From contig JAUWOR010000010.1 in the NCBI GenBank assembly GCA_030612025.1, positions 11,102 through 75,101 of the forward strand: a DNA stretch of 64,000 nucleotides, written 5' to 3'. Shown here in pieces: positions 57,151 to 64,000 of this stretch; positions within the stretch are counted from its first letter, which is position 1, and each line of letters opens with the position of its first letter. Origin of the DNA: Dehalococcoidia bacterium. GTDB lineage: Bacteria; Chloroflexota; Dehalococcoidia; GIF9; AB-539-J10. Below the pieces are notes generated by a model that worked only from the letters and a program-made list of their open reading frames with translations, was not told the origin of the DNA and searched no databases. The position numbers and the translations under genes were made by a program.

Positions 57151-57286
57151 TCTCAAACTGAAAACCACCCAACTAGCATAAAACTGGCTTTGTTATAATT
57201 GTGATATATTAAAAGATATGGCATGAGATAATGCAGGCTAGGCCGAGACACGCACAGAGTTCGTATATTTCGATGTTAAACGAAAT
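57151..57286 (+). repeat. Copy A of a ~135-bp dispersed element (copy B at 60184-60316)
   Basis: Shared TCTCAAACTGAAA, AAACT.GCTTTGTT, TAATTGTGATATATT and AGAGTTCGTATAT.TCGATG blocks. Confidence 0.8.
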
Positions 57287-57685
57287 CGAAAGACCTAAAA
57301 ACCAGAATATTCATATCTTAATTTATTAATCCACCAAATAGAGGAAATATTATGAAAGAAGAAGCAAAAATATCTCTTTCCCGCAATGCTGTAATAATAT
57401 TTTTTGCCATTGTAATTATCACAGTGATTCTGATTGAAGATATAGCTAAAACCTCCTTATCAAAGCTATATATAATGCTACCGGCATTATTTATCTTGGG
57501 TGAATGCATTAAGGCAGGTGATACAAAAAAGATAGTTCCAACAACAATTAATGCTTAATGTTTTTGCCAGTGCACGAACTTCCCTTATCTGCAAAACGTG
57601 ATATGAAATCATGGACATTGGGCCTGGAAAATGATAAAACATTAAGAAGGGTCGAATTTATAACAAACAAGTAGGAGGTGGGAAA

Positions 57686-57967
57686 ATGCTATCAACAATA
57701 CCGATAAATCTTGACAAGGTAAGAAAAGAAGATTTGGATAGAGAGACACTGAGAGTCGGAATAATAGCTGAATTAGATGCTGTAAATCTCTACGAGCAAT
57801 TGGCAGCCATGACTGAAAATAGAAATATTAAGAAGCTTCTTTTGGATATAGCAAAAGAGGAAAAGACCCATATAGGAGAATTTCAAGCTCTGTTACTAAA
57901 ACAAGATGAAGAGCAAAAAAGGGAATTAGAAGAGGGCAAGAAAGAGGTTGATGAGTTAATAAAATAA
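57686..57967 (+). CDS. Short ferritin-like (EncFtn/Flp-type) protein
   Basis: [20 protein letters not shown]. Confidence 0.85.
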   Translation: MLSTIPINLDKVRKEDLDRETLRVGIIAELDAVNLYEQLAAMTENRNIKKLLLDIAKEEKTHIGEFQALLLKQDEEQKRELEEGKKEVDELIK

Positions 57968-57980
57968 AGGGGGGGGGAAT

Positions 57981-58595
57981 ATGGAAACAGCCAAGTCTTA
58001 CTCTTTGCCAAAACTGCCCTATGAATACAAGGACCTAGAGCCATATATATCTGAAGAACAATTGAAGATTCACCACAGTAAGCATCATCAAGCATATGTT
58101 AATGGCGCAAATGCAATACTTGAGAAGCTCGACAAAGCACGAAAAGAGGATGCTGCCCTAGATATCAGAGCCACCTTAAAGGAACTGTCTTTCAACATAG
58201 GAGGGCATTTACTTCACTCATTGTTCTGGGGCAACTTAGCGCCAACTGGCAAAGGCGGTGGAAAGCCAGGCGGGGTTTTCGGCGAGATAGTAGAGAAAGA
58301 GTTTGGTAGCTTTGAGAGATTCAAAAAGGAATTCACTCAAGCCGCTATTAGCGTGGAAGGCTCCGGATGGGCAGCGCTTACTTTCTGCAAGCAAACCAAT
58401 AGACCAATAATAATGCAGATAGAGAAGCACAATACTAACATCTACCCTATGTTTCGAATTCTAATGGTTCTCGATGTCTTTGAACATGCATACTACCTTG
58501 ATTACAAGAACGAAAGAGCCAAATTTGTCGATGCCTTCTGGAGCATCGTTAACTGGGATGAAGTAAACAAAAGGCTTGAAGAATTATTGAAGTAG
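57981..58595 (+). CDS. sod: Fe/Mn superoxide dismutase
   Basis: [27 protein letters not shown]. Confidence 0.95.
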   Translation: METAKSYSLPKLPYEYKDLEPYISEEQLKIHHSKHHQAYVNGANAILEKLDKARKEDAALDIRATLKELSFNIGGHLLHSLFWGNLAPTGKGGGKPGGVFGEIVEKEFGSFERFKKEFTQAAISVEGSGWAALTFCKQTNRPIIMQIEKHNTNIYPMFRILMVLDVFEHAYYLDYKNERAKFVDAFWSIVNWDEVNKRLEELLK

Positions 58596-58803
58596 TATAT
58601 TGCAACGTTGATGCTTTGTGGCAAACTGGTTAGAAATTGAAGTGCGCTCCTGGCCTATAACTTTGTGGTTGGTTCGCTCCCCTGTCTTTGCGCCTGTAAA
58701 ACTCAGGCTTTGCTGGCACTTCGTTCGCCCGGATGCTCGCAAAGCTTGGGGGATATGATGCAGCAATAATTACTGCATCATATAAAGGAAGGGGTGAGGC
58801 CAG

Positions 58804-59544
58804 ATGAAACGTCCCAGGTCGCAGATTATCTTAGGCTTATCACTAATTGCAATATCTGCAATTCTCTATCTCTTTCATTATGCAATCTTTAGAGATCCCC
58901 GCCATATCTTCCTTTGGAGTATGACAAGCCTTGCGTTTCTCCCTATTTCGGTCCTGTTTGTTACTCTGATAATAAATCAGTTGCTGAGTAAGAGAGAAAA
59001 GCGAGCCCGGCTGGAAAAGTTGGATATGGTCATAGGAACGTTCTTTAGTGAAGTTGGAACAAGACTGTTGGCTTTTCTTTCCGACTCTGACCCTAAATTG
59101 GATGAAATCAGAAAAGAACTTGTTGTGACCAGCGATTGGTCTGAACAAGAATTTGCTGGTGTCAGCAAGCGCCTCAAGAATTACGATTACGGGGTCGAGA
59201 TGGAAAAGGTGGATTTAGAAGATTTACGAAGTTTCCTTGGAGGAAAAAACAACTTCTTACTGAGGCTACTGGAAAACCCGACTTTATTGGAGCACGAGGC
59301 CTTTACAGAGCTACTTCGAGCGGTGTTTCATTTGACTGAGGAATTATCCGCCCGGAAAGATACGAGAAAGTTGCCCACTTCCGACCGTGAGCATCTCGCT
59401 GGTGATATAAAAAGAGTGTATGTTTTACTTGTCCGTCAATGGTTGGATTATATGAGATATTTGAAGGATAACTACCCCTATCTCTTTTCTCTCGCCGTAA
59501 GAACCAATCCTTTTGATCAAAAAGCATCGCCGATAGTGAAATGA
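58804..59544 (+). CDS. Conserved hypothetical membrane protein
   Basis: Two N-terminal TM helices; GTFFSEVG, LLENP.LLEHE, YPYLFSLA.RTNPF. Confidence 0.7.
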   Translation: MKRPRSQIILGLSLIAISAILYLFHYAIFRDPRHIFLWSMTSLAFLPISVLFVTLIINQLLSKREKRARLEKLDMVIGTFFSEVGTRLLAFLSDSDPKLDEIRKELVVTSDWSEQEFAGVSKRLKNYDYGVEMEKVDLEDLRSFLGGKNNFLLRLLENPTLLEHEAFTELLRAVFHLTEELSARKDTRKLPTSDREHLAGDIKRVYVLLVRQWLDYMRYLKDNYPYLFSLAVRTNPFDQKASPIVK

Positions 59545-59569
59545 ATGGCTCTGCTTATCTTAGCTGATA

Positions 59570-60106
59570 GTGTGGAAGGAGGATAGCATAATGCTTACCA
59601 ACCATGCATCAGCAGAACCATCAAGAAAGTGGACCTTACGGTGCTTTCTTCAACCGGGTGACATAGGTTACATCGTTTCTCTTCATGGGACCTTATATGC
59701 CCAAGAGTGTGGCTACGACCAAACGTTCGAAGCGTATGTTGCTGCTGGCCTGGCTGAGTTCATCCAATCGTTCAATACAGACACCAATAGGCTCTGGTTA
59801 GCAGAGGTAGAAGGTCAAGTTATTGGTTCGATTGCTATTGTCGGGCATTCAGAGTCCGAGGCTCAGCTTCGCTGGTTCCTTGTCCATCCCGCCTATCGAG
59901 GCCTTGGCCTTGGTCGAGCACTCTTGACTGAAGCACTTCGGTTCTGCAAGGAGCACAATTACAAAACTGCTTTCCTTTGGACGGTGAGAGAATTAAGTGC
60001 CGCCCATCATCTGTACGATTCGGCTGGTTTTAAGAAAACGGACGCCATAACTCACCACATCTGGGGGAAGACCGTCACGCAAGAGAGGTACGACCTGCCC
60101 CTATAA
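59570..60106 (+). CDS. GNAT acetyltransferase (C-terminal half of the MarR-GNAT type)
   Basis: PGDIG, AQLRWFLV, RGLGLG, LWT. Confidence 0.85.
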   Translation: MWKEDSIMLTNHASAEPSRKWTLRCFLQPGDIGYIVSLHGTLYAQECGYDQTFEAYVAAGLAEFIQSFNTDTNRLWLAEVEGQVIGSIAIVGHSESEAQLRWFLVHPAYRGLGLGRALLTEALRFCKEHNYKTAFLWTVRELSAAHHLYDSAGFKKTDAITHHIWGKTVTQERYDLPL

Positions 60107-60183
60107 ATGGGATTCAGGGGATAGCAGCTTTGCCCAACGGCAGATAAAAAGCAAATCAAACCAGATCGCTACTGGAATACCCA

Positions 60184-60316
60184 TCTCAAACTGAAACCCG
60201 CCCAGCAAATGGAAACTAGCTTTGTTTGTAATTGTGATATATTGAGGATGCGGCACGAGACAGAGCAAGCTAGACCAAGCAAGCATAGAGTTCGTATATC
60301 TCGATGGTGAGGAAAT
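60184..60316 (+). repeat. Copy B of the ~135-bp dispersed element
   Basis: See 57151-57286. Confidence 0.8.
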
Positions 60317-60374
60317 GCTGGGCGGCGCGTAGAAATGAATCGTGTGGGGTAAACAACAGAATCAGGTTAACAGG

Positions 60375-61136
60375 ATGACAAAGATTAAGAAAGTTGGACT
60401 TGGAATAATAGCGGCAATAGTGGTGCTTGTTGGCTTATGGATGTACCATGCTCACGGACTCTATGAGGAAAGTTATAGAAGCGAATATCACTATGGAATC
60501 GCGATACAATCTGATTCAGTCCTGCACAACATTACATTATTCGTGCCGTTGCCTGTATTTGAGGGAGAATCAAAGATAGGTAACGAGATAATGGCCGGAA
60601 ACGCCTCAAAGCGAGATGATTGGGACTGCCGCATTGTCGAAACAGAACACGGCAAGATGCTTGAAATCAGTGCAGAGGAGATAGCCCCAGAGTTTCATCC
60701 TCTTCCTGTACCTCTACCTCCTGAATCTATAGAACCAGGAGAAGAGGAAACTCCGGCGTCAATTTCTAAAGGTATTTCAGTAACGGTGGCTGCAGATCAT
60801 GACATAAACACAAAGAATCCAATTGGAAATGAGCCCCTATTGTCTCCGGAGTATAACTTAACTCGCTTTACTTGCGAATTACCCTATCCAGAAAGGCGGG
60901 CCCCTCCTAATTGTTATGAATATGAGAGCCGCATTTATGCAGATTATACGGCATCTCCAGATGCCAAATTCTCAATCTACATTGAGCTAGAGGGCAGAAA
61001 CAGTTGGTGGATCTACGGGTGGTCCGGCAATGAATATCGGGACAATGTCAATGTAACACTCTTGGGGGAAAAGCATGGGTGGTATATTGCATCCGGGAGG
61101 CTTATTGAGGGTGAGGGCCGCTATGGCTGGATGTAA
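60375..61136 (+). CDS. Hypothetical exported protein, methanogen-like
   Basis: N-terminal TM helix; NITLFVPLP, IVETEHGKML, INTKNP. Confidence 0.55.
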   Translation: MTKIKKVGLGIIAAIVVLVGLWMYHAHGLYEESYRSEYHYGIAIQSDSVLHNITLFVPLPVFEGESKIGNEIMAGNASKRDDWDCRIVETEHGKMLEISAEEIAPEFHPLPVPLPPESIEPGEEETPASISKGISVTVAADHDINTKNPIGNEPLLSPEYNLTRFTCELPYPERRAPPNCYEYESRIYADYTASPDAKFSIYIELEGRNSWWIYGWSGNEYRDNVNVTLLGEKHGWYIASGRLIEGEGRYGWM

Positions 61137-61228
61137 CTGGATTTACACTGCGCAGGGCAACCTCGCTTGGTTTGTCATATGATATACTTAAATCAGGAAT
61201 AAGCAGGGTAATTAGGTCAAAATAATCC

Positions 61229-61426
61229 ATGTCCAGAATAGCCATCCTCAGCGATGCACATCTTTTAATCCAGGCCGAGCGCTTCAGGGACGAGAATTAC
61301 AGGTCTCCGCGGGGCGAAATCCCACTTAAAAACTTCACCAAGGTTGTCAGCCAGGTCATAGCAGAAAAACCCGAAGCGGTCATACTTGCCGGTGATATGT
61401 TTGATGAAAGGGAAAAGGGAGGATAG
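61229..61426 (+). pseudogene. Metallophosphoesterase (SbcD/Mre11-like) N-terminal fragment
   Basis: ILSDAHL and ILAGDMFD, then a stop. Confidence 0.7.
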
Positions 61427-61430
61427 TAGG

Positions 61431-61553
61431 ATGAGCAAACAGGACGAGAATTTGATTGCTTATTGTGGGTTTTATTGCGGGGATTGCCTTAACTGTAAGG
61501 GGGAGATTGCTGATTTAGCTAGAGATTTGCGGAAGAAGTTGAGGTACTGGTAG
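61431..61553 (+). pseudogene. DUF3795-like fragment
   Basis: LIAYCGFYCGDC..IADLARDLRKKLR, then a stop. Confidence 0.6.
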
Positions 61554-61579
61554 TTGTGTGAATTTGCGGCAATGCCGTT

Positions 61580-63586
61580 ATGCTGAATATCGTAAATATC
61601 TCCAAGTCCTTTGGAACTCAGGCAGTGTTCAGCGGCGTCAGCTTTCACGTCGGCGCCAGAGATAGAATAGCTGTTATTGGGCCGAACGGTTCGGGCAAGA
61701 CAACGCTATTCCAGATCATCACGGGAAGCGTAAGCCCTGATGAGGGTGGCGCCAGCATACGGAAGGGGACTACCGTAGGTTACCTGGAGCAGGATATCAG
61801 CCCTTCTTCCACACAGCGGTTGCTCGACTATGCCGCCAGCGCCTCAACCAGGATAAGTGGCATTGCGCACCGTATTGATGTTATTCACCAAGCTCTGGCT
61901 GAGGATGAGGGTGGAGACTATTCGGCAAAGTTGCTGCGAGAGCTCGGCGAGCTTCAGAGTCAATTTGAGGCGGCCGGCGGATATAGCTCCGAACATGAGG
62001 CCAGAATTGTCCTTTCTGGGTTAGGCTTTGCGGAATCGGACTTTTCCCGTCCTTTGAATGAGTTCAGCGGCGGATGGCTGATGCGTGCCGCATTGTCCAG
62101 GCTTCTACTGCTCAATCCCGATTTGCTGCTCCTCGATGAGCCGACAAACCACCTGGATCTGGAATCCTTCATCTGGTTCGAAAATTACCTCAAAAGCTAC
62201 CAGGGTGCGGTGCTGGTTACCTCACACGACCGGGCGTTTTTGAATCGAGCGATCAGCAAGGTATTGGCCATCGAGCAAGGCAGGGTTGTGTTTCATCATG
62301 GCAACTATGATAGCTTTGTCATGGCACAGCAGAAGGAGATGGAGGTCAGAGAAGCCACGGCAAAGAGACAGGAACTGAAGATAAAAAGGGAGACACGTTT
62401 CATTGAGCGGTTTCGCTATAAGGCTACCAAGGCAGCCCAGGCTCAGAGCCGAATTAAGAAGCTGGAAAAAATGGAAAGGGTGGCAGTTCCCAGAGCGACG
62501 AAGAAGGTGCACTTCTCCTTCCCCGAGGCTCCTAGAAGCGGGGAAGAGGCCATCGCTCTTAAGCATATCTTCAAGGCGTATAATGCGAACGTTGTGTATC
62601 AAGACCTCAATCTAACTTTGCATAGGGGGGAGAGGGTAGCTCTAGTGGGTCACAATGGCGCTGGGAAAACGACCCTGCTCAGAATTCTGGCTGGCGTGCT
62701 TGCTTTCGAAAAAGGAGAGCGCAAGCTGGGATATAATGCGACTATGGCTTATTATGCCCAGTATCAGCTTGAGCTGCTTAATCTGGAAAATAGCGTCCTT
62801 GATGAGTTGTGGCGTGTGGCTCCGAGTGAAACAGAACAGACAATCAGGGGAATCTTGGGTAACTTCCTGTTCAGCGGCGATGATGTATTTAAAAGGGTAT
62901 CCGTCATCTCGGGTGGAGAGAAAAGCCGACTGGCAATAGCCAAAATGTTGACTCAGCCAGCGAATTTCCTGCTGATGGACGAGCCCACCAATCACCTGGA
63001 TATCGCCTCGCGTGAGATACTCACCGATGCCCTTGAAGCCTATCGGGGCACGCTGTGCTTCATCACGCATGACCGCACGCTGATTCGGCAGATTGCTAAC
63101 AGGATTATCGAGGTGAGGAATGGCAGGCTTCAGGTATTCCCGGGGGATTATGACAGCTATCTCTACTGGAAGGAACATTCGGCGGGAGAAAGTCCAGAAC
63201 CCGCCGTGTATAGAAAAGCCAACGCTGGAAAAGAAGCCTCGGCAACAAATGCATTACGCCGGCGCAAGCGAGCCGAAGGTGAACTCAGAAACAAATACTA
63301 CCGGGAGAGCGCCCCCATAAAAAAACGCATCGCTGAAATAGAGTCCGAGCTTTCCCATCTTGAGCTGCAATTCAAGGAAACCGAGAGCCTGTTTGCCGAC
63401 CCAACCCATTATAGCGATAGCGCGCAGGTTATGAAGGCTGTTGAGCAACATCGCAAATTAAAACAGGATACCAAATCGCTTACACATGAATGGGAGAGGC
63501 TTTATGCCGAAGCTGAGGTGATGGAACGAGCGTTTGAGGAAGCCAGGGGCAACATGAAAGCTGAGATGGAGATAGAAAGAAGTTAA
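61580..63586 (+). CDS. ABC-F family ATPase
   Basis: Two NBDs ([24 protein letters not shown] twice), no TM segments, C-terminal coiled coil. Confidence 0.93.
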   Translation: MLNIVNISKSFGTQAVFSGVSFHVGARDRIAVIGPNGSGKTTLFQIITGSVSPDEGGASIRKGTTVGYLEQDISPSSTQRLLDYAASASTRISGIAHRIDVIHQALAEDEGGDYSAKLLRELGELQSQFEAAGGYSSEHEARIVLSGLGFAESDFSRPLNEFSGGWLMRAALSRLLLLNPDLLLLDEPTNHLDLESFIWFENYLKSYQGAVLVTSHDRAFLNRAISKVLAIEQGRVVFHHGNYDSFVMAQQKEMEVREATAKRQELKIKRETRFIERFRYKATKAAQAQSRIKKLEKMERVAVPRATKKVHFSFPEAPRSGEEAIALKHIFKAYNANVVYQDLNLTLHRGERVALVGHNGAGKTTLLRILAGVLAFEKGERKLGYNATMAYYAQYQLELLNLENSVLDELWRVAPSETEQTIRGILGNFLFSGDDVFKRVSVISGGEKSRLAIAKMLTQPANFLLMDEPTNHLDIASREILTDALEAYRGTLCFITHDRTLIRQIANRIIEVRNGRLQVFPGDYDSYLYWKEHSAGESPEPAVYRKANAGKEASATNALRRRKRAEGELRNKYYRESAPIKKRIAEIESELSHLELQFKETESLFADPTHYSDSAQVMKAVEQHRKLKQDTKSLTHEWERLYAEAEVMERAFEEARGNMKAEMEIERS

Positions 63587-63643
63587 ATTAGTCAGCTTTG
63601 GACCCTGGAAACATGGGAGGGAAGGCCTTTAGGGGATAATCCT

Positions 63644-64000
63644 TCACCCGAGGGTTCGCAGGTATTCAGCGAAGGCTTCTGCGAGGGGATTGAGGTCGTC
63701 AAAGAGAGTGCCACCCTCTTCACATACTCCCCAGCCCATGAGATTGGGGCGATGTGGCTCAATATCGGCAGAGTGATGTGCTCGGAAGTCAGTAAGTAGC
63801 CCGAAGATTTTCTTGCCCCTGGCATAGGCATAACCAAGCTCGATGCAGGTTCCGCTGTCGGTGTCCTGGCCATCCAGTAGACCTACCACTATGATTGATG
63901 ATGTCAGATGCTGCAAGTTCAGTTCAAAGATGTCCTTTCGACTTAAGCCCTTCCCCTGCTCACCTGCGTCGCGGTGTGGTAGAAAGAAATCGGCTATGGG
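63644..64000 (-). CDS. Nucleoside 2-deoxyribosyltransferase family protein (5' end outside the window)
   Basis: FLPHRD, LDGQDTDSGTCIELGYAYA, TDFR, NLM. Confidence 0.85.
   Translation of the reverse strand, partial: PIADFFLPHRDAGEQGKGLSRKDIFELNLQHLTSSIIVVGLLDGQDTDSGTCIELGYAYARGKKIFGLLTDFRAHHSADIEPHRPNLMGWGVCEEGGTLFDDLNPLAEAFAEYLRTLG

Noticed and set aside
57352-57558. AT-rich 68-aa ORF as a real gene
   Set aside because: No recognisable motif; probably a fragment within the decayed region

Overview
Bacterial chromosomal window, most likely a Dehalococcoidia (Chloroflexota) genome. This is inferred from the FN3/IPT surface proteins, FxLYD and DUF5667 proteins and the gene set. The middle (~18-46 kb) is mostly housekeeping: radC, prfB with its +1 frameshift, nfi, rpsP, khpA, dgt-dnaG-rpoD, pheA, trkAH, recO-recR-dnaX, gap, eno, pth, ligA. 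The left arm carries S-layer-like surface genes next to an archaeal CetZ-like tubulin, a REP-associated tyrosine transposase (RAYT) inside an array of GTAG-REP doublets, and a frameshifted S8 protease with both cohesin and dockerin. The clearest non-coding signal is a set of short palindromic elements: three GTAG-REP families, IS-like GG(C/G)TGTTTAA terminal repeats wrapping the REP doublets, GTCATTGCGAG/CTGAG-type palindromes, CCCCGTG hairpins and a 7-mer hairpin. These nest in one another, form chimeras, supply stop codons, and sit in frame inside at least three protein-coding genes. Small inserts next to pth and ligA are bounded by decayed copies of those genes' ends. The right arm (47.6-61.5 kb) is a co-oriented run of small, partly archaeal-like genes and fragments with degenerate attC-like half sites and no integrase. 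All calls are from reading the sequence and recalling motifs; no database search was run.
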